Positions 26,620 through 35,002 of a stretch of DNA of 64,000 nucleotides are shown here, piece after piece. Origin of the DNA: Patescibacteria group bacterium (GTDB lineage: Bacteria; Patescibacteriota; Patescibacteriia; PEXW01); the NCBI GenBank assembly GCA_038063455.1, contig JBBTVB010000006.1:39234-103233 (forward strand). Reading direction: 5' to 3'. Both the position numbers and the translations under genes were made by a program. Numbering within the stretch: position 1 is the stretch's first letter; each line of letters starts with the position of its first letter. The notes below the pieces were generated by a model that did no database searches, had not been told where the DNA came from, and was given only the letters and a program-made list of their open reading frames with translations.

Positions 26620-28116
26620 CTATTTTTTTACCCGATATTTTTCCGTGACGTTAAAGCCCAGGTACTTGCCCAGCATCAGCCGGGTAAGCGCTTCGGTAGC
26701 CGGGATGGAACCAAACGCCACCATGGTAATGGGAAACACTAGCCACTGCACGAACATGGTTACCCAGTGCCAGCGCGGCACGCTCGCTGGGCGCTTCGGC
26801 ACCAAGGTTAAGCTCAACACGGCGGAGGCAACCAAACCAATCAGTGACACGGTCATCATGACGGACAAGATGTAGGGCGTGTCCTGCACCAGTGCTGACG
26901 TGATCCCCTGATGGTTAGCGACCGCAATGGGCAGCCGACCCAGGATGAAAATGAGAATAGGCGTGGTGCACCACGAGAACGAACCTTCCAGCTGGTTAAA
27001 CAGGTAGCGTAATTTTTTTAACCTTGGAATTTTCGGGTTGCCCCAAAAATTCCAAACCATAAACGGAAAATTCTCAATGCCGTAGGCCCACCGACGTTGC
27101 TGCTTGTACTGGTTCTTCAGGCTCTGCTTCAGAGTTTGGCTCATGACCGTGTCCATAGACAAAGGAATAAAGAGCGGCACCACCCGGTAATCCCCGTCGT
27201 ACTCTATAAGACCCTGCACGAAAATCCGGGAATCCTCGGTGACAATATCGCTCTGCCAGAAGCCCACGTCGACCAGGGCTTTAAACGGCATAGAGTGGGA
27301 AGAAAACGTGAACAAGCGCTCGGGCCGCATCTGCTCGGTCATCAGCCAAAAGGTGGTGGACATGGCCACCACGCGCATCAAAAATGGTGACTCCCAGACG
27401 TTATTGTTGTACACCGCCAGTGGCTGGTAGCTGGCGCGGGTGGGGTTGGGCACGGTTAGGTAGTGGTACGCGAGGCAGGCAAAATACTGGGGGTGCACCA
27501 CGGTGTCCACGTCAAAACTCGATACGACAATGTGTTCGTACGGAATGCCGAGCGCGTCGATCTCCTGCTTGGCTAACCGTCCTGCGTAAGCCGTATTTGA
27601 ACCTTTACCGGTTACTTCCCCTGGCACGTTGGCCGGGTGCACGGTAACCAAAAACTTGAAAAACTTGTTCCCATACTGCGCTTCCATCTTGGTTGCAATT
27701 GTCCGAAAATTCGCTTCGTCTTTTGCTTCGCCGCACAGCACCACAAAAAGCTTTTCGGCCGGGTACTGCACCTGAGTTAAGCCTTCCAAGGTTTGAGCAA
27801 TTACCGCTTCAGGCTCTTTATAGGTCGGCAGGAAAATGAGATGCACCAGGTCCTGAAAACCTGGCTGCGCCTTGGCCAGAGCGTACCAATCTTTGCGGCT
27901 ATCCCGGTGGTGCCGCCGGGCCGACACCAACAGGTACACTAAAAGGTACGAAATCCGAATAAGCCACAGCGTATCGAACACGATAATGAAGCCAATAACC
28001 CACAGTGGCTGAAAAAAAGACAAAATAATAGCCAGCGCAAAAGCCGTCCACACCAGCGCACCCGGAATTATTTCCAGGAAACGATAGAGGCGGTAATCGG
28101 CGCGGGAAGCAGACAT
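26620..28116 (-). CDS. Family-2 glycosyltransferase, processive type (cellulose/chitin-synthase-like) with QxxRW motif
   Basis: The D,D,D / QQRRW motif is present (NQYKQQRRWAYG) and TM helices flank the GT2 domain. Confidence 0.7.
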   Translation of the reverse strand: MSASRADYRLYRFLEIIPGALVWTAFALAIILSFFQPLWVIGFIIVFDTLWLIRISYLLVYLLVSARRHHRDSRKDWYALAKAQPGFQDLVHLIFLPTYKEPEAVIAQTLEGLTQVQYPAEKLFVVLCGEAKDEANFRTIATKMEAQYGNKFFKFLVTVHPANVPGEVTGKGSNTAYAGRLAKQEIDALGIPYEHIVVSSFDVDTVVHPQYFACLAYHYLTVPNPTRASYQPLAVYNNNVWESPFLMRVVAMSTTFWLMTEQMRPERLFTFSSHSMPFKALVDVGFWQSDIVTEDSRIFVQGLIEYDGDYRVVPLFIPLSMDTVMSQTLKQSLKNQYKQQRRWAYGIENFPFMVWNFWGNPKIPRLKKLRYLFNQLEGSFSWCTTPILIFILGRLPIAVANHQGITSALVQDTPYILSVMMTVSLIGLVASAVLSLTLVPKRPASVPRWHWVTMFVQWLVFPITMVAFGSIPATEALTRLMLGKYLGFNVTEKYRVKK

Positions 28117-28160
28117 GTAAAGAAAGCTGACCTTAGGGCATCCGGGTCAGGCGGTCAATG

Positions 28161-28565
28161 CTACTCGTAGGTAAACCCATCCTGCAATGAGGAGGTTGGG
28201 CCGGTTTCGTTCTTCAGGGTAATATCAACCTTCCCCTTCGTGCCGGCTGGAGCAGTGACGGTTATTTCCTTCGCACTCTTTACCTGCACGTCCTTACCTT
28301 CGGTTTGGCCAAAAAGCACTTTGGGAGAGCCGGTAAAACCTTCACCGGTTATAGTAAGTTTGGTGCCGCCGGCAACAGGCCCTTTGGCCGGCGTAACATT
28401 AAAAATAAGCCCGGGGTTTGCTAGGGCGTTCACCAGCGTACCCTGTACGTTGGTAGTTGTAGTATTCGTATTCGCCGCATCCTTCTTGAATACAAAATAC
28501 CCACCCGTCCCAAGCGCGAGGATAACGAGTGCAATAATGATGAAAATGTTGCGTCGCATACGCAA
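28161..28565 (-). CDS. Membrane-anchored IPT/TIG-domain protein
   Basis: N-terminal TM followed by GPVAGGTKLTITGEGFTGSPKVLFG (IPT/TIG). Confidence 0.55.
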   Translation of the reverse strand: MRMRRNIFIIIALVILALGTGGYFVFKKDAANTNTTTTNVQGTLVNALANPGLIFNVTPAKGPVAGGTKLTITGEGFTGSPKVLFGQTEGKDVQVKSAKEITVTAPAGTKGKVDITLKNETGPTSSLQDGFTYE

Positions 28566-28576
28566 GTACTATACCA

Positions 28577-28903
28577 CTACAAGTAGTAGTCCACCAGAAA
28601 CTGCCCTAACTTCTCGTCAAAGGTGGCTTTGGTGGCTTCGGCCTTTTCCTGCTGCTGTTTAGAAAGCTCGGTCGGGAAGGCAAAAGTAAATATCAGGTTT
28701 CTGTTCACGTCTTCGGCATACCACAACTCCGCTTTTAACTCGTCGCCAGTTGCGGCAGGAACAATATAGCGTTTTACCTCGCCGGCTAGTGCGGTACGAA
28801 TGTCGGCCTCGGTCGGTGGCCGGCGTTCAACAAGCCCAACAACATCGGCAAAAATGCCGTACACGTCGTCTACTATTTTCTGGTTGAGATCGAACAAAAT
28901 CAT
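28577..28903 (-). CDS. Hypothetical protein
   Basis: 108 aa. It overlaps xseB by 4 nt, suggesting translational coupling. Confidence 0.35.
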   Translation of the reverse strand: MILFDLNQKIVDDVYGIFADVVGLVERRPPTEADIRTALAGEVKRYIVPAATGDELKAELWYAEDVNRNLIFTFAFPTELSKQQQEKAEATKATFDEKLGQFLVDYYL

Positions 28904-29109
28904 TCGCCGGTTTTGTACTTGGCTTTAATGGTCTCGACTTTCTGTTCGACGTTCTTTAGCCGGTCCTTGAGCTGCTTAGCCAAAGCCATCCCCCGTTCAA
29001 AATCGGCTAAGCCTTCTTCCACGTCAAACGCGCCGGCCTCAAATTTCTGGGCGAGCTTTTCCAGTTCGGCAAAGTCTTTGGCAAAGGTGGATGAGGTTTT
29101 CTTGGGCAT
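28900..29109 (-). CDS. xseB: Exodeoxyribonuclease VII small subunit
   Basis: 69 aa. FEAGAFDVEEGLADFERGMALAKQLKDRL matches the XseB helix pattern. It lies directly downstream of xseA. Confidence 0.75.
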   Translation of the reverse strand: MPKKTSSTFAKDFAELEKLAQKFEAGAFDVEEGLADFERGMALAKQLKDRLKNVEQKVETIKAKYKTGE

Positions 29110-29118
29110 AGACTTTAC

Positions 29119-30276
29119 TTAGGTAACAGTGGAGTCAATAGTGCCACGCTTTAAGCGGGTGTGCAAGCGGCTGCCCTTTTTTACGCTGGCTGCATCTTTT
29201 ACCACCGTATTTCCAACCATGGTTAGCGAATAGCCGCGTTCCAGAGTTGCCGTGGGCGACAGGGTTTGGACGAGCTTTGCGGCATTGAACAAATCCGTCC
29301 GCGTGCGCTCCAGAGCAAAAATAAATGCCTGCAAAAGCTGTTGGCGCAGGGATATTACGCGCTGGACTGTCCCCTGCACCACGTCCGCCAGGTCGCGGGT
29401 CAGGTGATGCAAGCGGTCATGCAGTTCGCCTAAGAGTTGTCGCCAGCCATCGTCAAAAAATCCTGCCAGCATGTCGATGTTCATTTGCACCTGGCCAATA
29501 TCCGGGCTCACGAGCTCGGCGGCATTGCTGGGCGTAGCGGCGCGTACATCAGCGACAAGGTCGGCAATGGTCCAGTCCCGTTCATGACCCACACCGCACA
29601 CGATTGGTACGGTGCACGAGAACATTGCTCTCGCCACCAGCTCACTGTTAAACGCTTGCAAATCTTCTAAGCTCCCGCCGCCGCGCGTCAAAATGACAGC
29701 GTCTAGGTCATAGTGGATGCACCTTTCTAGTGCGCCAACAATACTGGCGATTGCCCCACTCCCCTGCACGCCCACGGGGAAAAAGACGATGGTGGCAAAC
29801 GGCCAACGGTTTTTCAGCACGCGCAACACATCGGTCCGCGCCGCCGCATCCGCAGAGGTGATAAGTCCAATCCGCTCTGGATACGCCGGTAACGTACGCT
29901 TTCGTTCCGTTGCAAATAGACCTTCGGCTTCCAATTTTTTCTTGGTTTTTTCTAAGGCCTGCTGCAGCGCGCCTTGGCCAACCAATTCGATCTTGTTCAC
30001 GCGCAAGTGCAGCCCGCCGTTCTTCACGAAAACTGACGGCGTGCCGGTCACGCGCACGGCCAAGCCATCGGCCAAGTCGCAATCCAATTCGTGCGCCAGC
30101 ATGAAACAGCGCAACCGGCTGCCTTCATCTTTGATCTCAAAAAAGACCAGGGTTTCTCGGCTAAACCCCCGAAAATCCGCAACCTCCCCTTCCACCACAA
30201 CTTCACCCAGCCGGCCTAAATGGACTTTGAGGGTCTGGACGAATTCCGAAACGGAAAAGATGGGTTGGTCGCTCAT
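29119..30276 (-). CDS. xseA: Exodeoxyribonuclease VII large subunit
   Basis: OB-fold N-terminus, the catalytic region GLITSADAAARTDVLRVL...IVCGVGHERDWTIADLVADVRAATPSNAAE, and a coiled-coil C-terminus are present. Confidence 0.8.
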   Translation of the reverse strand: MSDQPIFSVSEFVQTLKVHLGRLGEVVVEGEVADFRGFSRETLVFFEIKDEGSRLRCFMLAHELDCDLADGLAVRVTGTPSVFVKNGGLHLRVNKIELVGQGALQQALEKTKKKLEAEGLFATERKRTLPAYPERIGLITSADAAARTDVLRVLKNRWPFATIVFFPVGVQGSGAIASIVGALERCIHYDLDAVILTRGGGSLEDLQAFNSELVARAMFSCTVPIVCGVGHERDWTIADLVADVRAATPSNAAELVSPDIGQVQMNIDMLAGFFDDGWRQLLGELHDRLHHLTRDLADVVQGTVQRVISLRQQLLQAFIFALERTRTDLFNAAKLVQTLSPTATLERGYSLTMVGNTVVKDAASVKKGSRLHTRLKRGTIDSTVT

Positions 30277-31190
30277 CTGCCTCCCGCCATCAGCCACGCA
30301 CCCAATGCCGGACGCAGCTTTGGCCGCACAAACTGGACCTTTGGCGCAGCCTTCCGCACGACCTTATAAAAGTGGGCAGGCAAAACAATGGGGCACTTAA
30401 AAATCCCGCCAACGGTAACCAGCGGAAAAACCTTATGTTGCAAACCGCTCTTTTGTATAATCGTAGTGGCAAGTAAGGCGAGTTCTTTGGCTGCATCAAG
30501 AAGAATATTTTTCGCCACTGCATCCCCTCTTTCCGCCGCAAACTGGACGTAGGGTGCGAGCGCCGCAATCTGCGGTTTTCCGAACGCCGGTTCGTACACA
30601 ATCGGAATAAGCCCATCTATGTTACGAATCTTAAAGTGTTCCAGAACGTATTTCGTTAACAACGTTTTTGGCCCGCGACCATCTGCAGCTTTGGTCACGG
30701 CATGCAGCGCAACACTGCCCTGCGCAAAACCCGAACCTTCATCGGCTAAGCGATGCCCACGGCCCCCTGCCCGCGCAATGCCCTTTGGTCCACGAGCATA
30801 AGCATTCGATCCTGTTCCAGAAATAATGACTGCCGCGTGTTTGGCGTCGGTGCCAGAACGTAGCGCAATGATAATATCGTTTACCAGCTTCCAGCCCGGC
30901 GCCACAATCCCGCGCAATTCTTTGGTGAGGGCACGACGCATGGTGGACACATCCTTGGGCGTATCCATGCCTGCCAAACCAATGACTGCAGGATACGGCC
31001 GCTTACGACCGAGTTGTCGTTCTGCAGCGAGAATTGCCGCTTTGACATTTTTTGCGGCAGCAGCAACTCCGACGGCATGCGGGTTTGAGGGGCCAGCTTT
31101 GCCCCAGACGAGATTTTTTCCAGCGCCAAGCAGGGCTTCGGTTTTCGTGCCGCCACCATCAATGCCAAGAAACCACTGTGTATGTTGCAT
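30273..31190 (-). CDS. BadF/BadG/BcrA/BcrD-type ATPase (N-acetylglucosamine kinase-like)
   Basis: The N-terminal motif is LGIDGGGTKTEALL (ASKHA phosphate-1). It is 305 aa. Confidence 0.6.
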   Translation of the reverse strand: MQHTQWFLGIDGGGTKTEALLGAGKNLVWGKAGPSNPHAVGVAAAAKNVKAAILAAERQLGRKRPYPAVIGLAGMDTPKDVSTMRRALTKELRGIVAPGWKLVNDIIIALRSGTDAKHAAVIISGTGSNAYARGPKGIARAGGRGHRLADEGSGFAQGSVALHAVTKAADGRGPKTLLTKYVLEHFKIRNIDGLIPIVYEPAFGKPQIAALAPYVQFAAERGDAVAKNILLDAAKELALLATTIIQKSGLQHKVFPLVTVGGIFKCPIVLPAHFYKVVRKAAPKVQFVRPKLRPALGAWLMAGGR

Positions 31191-31797
31191 ACCAATAGTG
31201 TAGCACTAAGCGATTTTGGATAAAAAAAATAGGGGCACATGCAAGCATGCACCCCTAGAGAAAATCGGTAGTCTGGACATCAGCCGTGAAGCTGGAAAAG
31301 AGTGGGCAGGCAATCCTACCTGCTAGGCATCGATACTTGATCAATGAGCGATTACGCAGGTTCCTTTCGGAGCCGGCAAGCAACTGATCGGTGCACGGTA
31401 TCTAATCGTGCGTATGAGTGCTCTAGGAGCCAGGGTCCTTGCGGTGAGGCAAGAGCTTTGCGGGATTGGTGCAGCTTTCTGCGGGAACGTGTCGACACGT
31501 AGATGACCATGTTATGGTCGACTTGCTGCGCCCTTACTCACAGAACTACCGAGTTTTCAATTTTGCCTCTACTAGAGAGGCTTTGTACGAAAGTACTTTC
31601 TTTTTGTTGGATTGCAATCTTAGCACGTATATCACGGCTGTCAAGGGTACTTGTCCACATTTCCTTGATTTTTAAGCCAAAGAACTTCTAAAAAATACTG
31701 CTTATTCGCTATGTTGAGCCAAAAAGTTATCCACACCCATAAAATATTCAATGCATAAATCTTCTATAAACCCCAGGAAAAAGTGGGTGGGCATGTT

Positions 31798-31826
31798 GCA
31801 TTTCGGCTTTCCTTCGGGTATAATCC
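31798..31826 (+). promoter_or_regulatory. Sigma70-like promoter of lexA: TTGCAT-N17-TATAAT
   Basis: Sequence is ttgcatttcggctttccttcgggtataat, about 10 bp upstream of the lexA ATG. Confidence 0.5.
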
Positions 31827-31834
31827 CCTGACCT

Positions 31835-32455
31835 ATGCCCCCTATCCTCCACAAGCAAAAACGCGCCATCCTCAAATTCCTGCAAGAATACATCCGGGAA
31901 AATGGGGCTGCGCCAACGCTTACCGAAATCGCCAAAGTTTTTAAGCTTTCTTCGTTAGCCACAGTTCACGAGCACTTGGCGTTTTTAGAACAGGCCGGTT
32001 TTATTAAACGGGACCGGAACAATACGCGCGGAATAGAACTAGTTGAACCTGAGCAGGACACAGCCTTCACCGCTGCCTCCATGCTGTTGCCTTTGGTTGG
32101 CACCATTGCGGCTGGCTCCCCTATCGAAGCCGTAGAAGACAAGCAAGAAATGATTTCTGTGCCGCAAGAATTAGTTGGCAAGAAAAACGCTTACATTCTT
32201 AAAGTCCGCGGCGACTCGATGATTGAAAGCTTGGTTGCAGACGGCGACTACGTGGTGGTGGAAAAGAGCGAGTTAGCACACGATGGCGACATGGTGGTGG
32301 CGATGCTCGATGATGGCACGGCAACGCTAAAAAAGTTTTTCCGAAAGAAAAATTTTATTCGCTTGCAACCGGCCAATACCAACTACAAACCCATTGATGT
32401 AAAGAACGTTACGATTCAGGGTAAAGTTATTGGCGTGATTCGGAAATACGCCTAA
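31835..32455 (+). CDS. lexA: LexA repressor
   Basis: It has a wHTH N-terminus, the AAG autocleavage site (GTIAAGSP) and the S24 peptidase Ser/Lys dyad (GDSM ... K). Confidence 0.85.
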   Translation: MPPILHKQKRAILKFLQEYIRENGAAPTLTEIAKVFKLSSLATVHEHLAFLEQAGFIKRDRNNTRGIELVEPEQDTAFTAASMLLPLVGTIAAGSPIEAVEDKQEMISVPQELVGKKNAYILKVRGDSMIESLVADGDYVVVEKSELAHDGDMVVAMLDDGTATLKKFFRKKNFIRLQPANTNYKPIDVKNVTIQGKVIGVIRKYA

Positions 32456-32466
32456 GTACACCCAGC

Positions 32467-32549
32467 ACCACCTATGAAGCGAAACCTGCACAGTAATACT
32501 CAACCCTCAACCACGGATCTATTGGTAGGTGGTGCTGGGTAAATTTTTT
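32467..32549 (+). terminator. Long-stem hairpin (16-bp stem ACCCAGCACCACCTAT / ATAGGTGGTGCTGGGT) followed by AAATTTTTTT
   Basis: It lies directly after the lexA stop. It may terminate or attenuate read-through into the next gene. Confidence 0.5.
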
Positions 32550-32579
32550 TACTTTCCTCTTTCGGTTTTATTTCGGCTC

Positions 32580-33386
32580 ATGCACTTCTTCACTAAACTT
32601 TTTAAAGACCACCAGCACAGCGGCACAAATGTAGCGTACGTACGGCTGTGGCACATGGTGGCTAGCGTAGAGCAGGCAGTGCAACCTACGTTGCGCAGCG
32701 CGCCATTTATAGTTACTGATGCCCGACACACTCCCCTGCGCATAGTGGATGCCAATGAACTTGCACGCACACTTGGCATAAAACCCGGCATGGACGTGCA
32801 GCACGTTCGTCGTCGCTTCCCGCACGTCCAAGTGCGTGGACTCAATGTAGAGCGGCTGCAAGGCTTCATCAGCGCCTTCCACTGCATTGCCAAAAAGTGG
32901 GGCCGTGTTACCAGCACGACGCAAGATGGCCAAGGGCTAACTGTCTTGATACCGGCCGTGGATGCGCTGCAACGCGCGGCTGTCTTCCTACATATCCAAG
33001 AAGCTTGCTGGAAAGAACTGGAATGTAACGTGGCAGTGGGCGTTGGGCCTAGCGTAGATTTTGCGCACCTGGCAGCCATGGCTTGCCCCGAGCCGGGTTT
33101 CCGCTACCTAGACCGGCAGGAGCAGCAGAGCTTGAACACCTTACCTGTAAGTATTATCCCAGGTATTGGCAAACGCACTGCAAGAGCGCTCGTGGAGCTG
33201 GATGTCGCCACGGTCTGGCATTTTATGCAGCTTGATCTAACCACCATTGGTGAACTGGGCGGCCGGTCACTGGTGCGCATTGCCAACCGCTACATACCGG
33301 CGGCAAGTCTGCCACTCACCCCACAATATCAAGTCCCTGGCCAGCTCGTGGGCTTAAACGTATTTGCGGCAAATCACAACCTTTGA
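32580..33386 (+). CDS. Y-family DNA polymerase-like protein lacking catalytic Asp residues (ImuB-like)
   Basis: YVRLWHMVASVEQAVQPTLRSAPFIV aligns to the DinB N-terminus (hvDMDcFFAsVE), but Val/Trp replace the catalytic Asp residues. The HhH motif IPGIGKRTARAL is present. It is only about 270 aa. Confidence 0.5.
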   Translation: MHFFTKLFKDHQHSGTNVAYVRLWHMVASVEQAVQPTLRSAPFIVTDARHTPLRIVDANELARTLGIKPGMDVQHVRRRFPHVQVRGLNVERLQGFISAFHCIAKKWGRVTSTTQDGQGLTVLIPAVDALQRAAVFLHIQEACWKELECNVAVGVGPSVDFAHLAAMACPEPGFRYLDRQEQQSLNTLPVSIIPGIGKRTARALVELDVATVWHFMQLDLTTIGELGGRSLVRIANRYIPAASLPLTPQYQVPGQLVGLNVFAANHNL

Positions 33387-33518
33387 TACCCTTTTCGTAG
33401 TAATAAGCTCTTTTCGAATCCGCAGGTAGAGGTGCATTGCGACTCTTATCTGTACCAAGGGACCTCCTGGCTGTTATCTGGGAGGTCTTTTTAATTTATG
33501 TATTCCTAATGTTACGCA

Positions 33519-34373
33519 CTAGGCTTTTCGCAGGCCACGGCGGTGGAGAATATCTGCCGCTCGCCGAATAATGGGCAAGAGGTCTGGGTAAATATGACCA
33601 TTTTTCTGCGCGCGCTCTGGGTTAAGCCAGAGATTTTTTAGGTTACGCACTTCGCTAGTAGCAGATCGTTTTACCGTAGCCTTGCTGCCGCGCAGGAATA
33701 AAAAATTGTGCTGCTTTTTCTCGTGCAATTTTGCCTGCTCGGCAAAGCGGAAGGTGATGCTGTCGAGCGTGGCAAGAAACGTAAGGTTGGTGATGCCGGT
33801 TTCCTCGGCAATTTCTCGCTTGGCCGTTTCGATGAGTGTTTCGCCTTTTTCTTGGTGGCCTTTGGGCAGGCCAATACGCTTGGAATCGAGACGCTGGATG
33901 AAAAGAAAAGCATCTTGGCTGCGGTCGTACACAATGCCGCCAGCAGTGGTGTGGTACTCGGCTACCTGCTTGCCGGGTTTGGTAATGTTCGGCTTAGCCA
34001 AGTAGTGCGGCGCAGCCCAACGTGGGTGGGGTTTACGCGCGGCAGCCAGGCCAGCGGTAATAAGCGCATGCGCATCGAGCACACCACCCGTGACTGGAAC
34101 TTGCACCACCGGGCAGCCGACGACGGCACTTAAAGCGTTGGCGGTGGTAAGCAGCGCGCGCGTTTGTGAGAACGATGGCACATGCACGGCCACGACAATA
34201 AGCCGCAGTTCGTGCAAGCGCGGCGGCGGGGCTACCCGCGCAACAGCCGCAAGCAGCCTCGAATCGCGTTGCACGTGCAACGTCAATTTTGCCAGTGCAA
34301 TGCGGCGGTCATACTGGCAGGCCACCAGTGCGTCGCTCCCGCTGGCGGCGATGAGTAACGTAGGGCTAGTCAT
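33519..34373 (-). CDS. Fusion protein: TsaB/YeaZ-like (inactive Kae1 paralog) N-domain + NUDIX hydrolase C-domain
   Basis: The N-terminus MTSPTLLIAASGSDALVA... is TsaB-like. The C-terminus carries the NUDIX box LPKGHQEKGETLIETAKREIAEETGI. Confidence 0.6.
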   Translation of the reverse strand: MTSPTLLIAASGSDALVACQYDRRIALAKLTLHVQRDSRLLAAVARVAPPPRLHELRLIVVAVHVPSFSQTRALLTTANALSAVVGCPVVQVPVTGGVLDAHALITAGLAAARKPHPRWAAPHYLAKPNITKPGKQVAEYHTTAGGIVYDRSQDAFLFIQRLDSKRIGLPKGHQEKGETLIETAKREIAEETGITNLTFLATLDSITFRFAEQAKLHEKKQHNFLFLRGSKATVKRSATSEVRNLKNLWLNPERAQKNGHIYPDLLPIIRRAADILHRRGLRKA

Positions 34374-34930
34374 TTTTTGTACTTGTCGACCAGTACGATT
34401 TTTCGATTTTCCAAAATATCGTACAGAAAACGATCGGTAATGTCTTTACGGTACTGGTATTCTTTTTGCGTCAGCACGGTGTAGCGCAGGTCATGGTCCA
34501 TTTCCCGCTGGAACCGGCGCACCATGCGGCGCAGCTTCAATCGGTTAACGGTGCCGACTATAAAAATGTCTGTGCGGGCTTCGGGCACGTTGGTAAAGAA
34601 GCCGGTGAGAATGGCCAGGCGCACTCGGCCAATAGTTTGAATCTTCTTGCCAAAGTCGTACTCGGTAAGAATTTGGGCTTTTAAAAAGAGCGCGCGGAGT
34701 TCGGGGAAGAGTTGGGCGTTCGGGTTCATTCGAAAAGTCCGCACGCCGTTTTCTTCCTGCTGCACGAGCAGCCCAAGGGGCGCCAAGCGTCGTAATTCTG
34801 CTCGCAAGGTTTGCGGCCGGATGCGGGTTTTCTTGCCTACCTCCGCCAGCGTGTAGACCCGGTCGGGATTGAACACGAAAAGCCGCAGGAAAGCGTAGCG
34901 AATTTCTGAGCCAAGGAGTGCGTCCAGCAT
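34370..34930 (-). CDS. Winged-helix transcriptional regulator-like protein
   Basis: The likely start is MLDALLGSEIRYAFLRLF..., with a wHTH (YTLAEVGKKTRIRPQTLRAELRRLAPLGLL). The ORF-track start at 35077 would overlap the divergent gene. Confidence 0.4.
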   Translation of the reverse strand: MLDALLGSEIRYAFLRLFVFNPDRVYTLAEVGKKTRIRPQTLRAELRRLAPLGLLVQQEENGVRTFRMNPNAQLFPELRALFLKAQILTEYDFGKKIQTIGRVRLAILTGFFTNVPEARTDIFIVGTVNRLKLRRMVRRFQREMDHDLRYTVLTQKEYQYRKDITDRFLYDILENRKIVLVDKYKK

Positions 34931-35002
34931 AGGTTTTCCGCCTCGTGTCTGAGGGGTGGCTGTAGTATACTGTGAGCATTTGCTGGACTCAAGGAAACCT
35001 GC

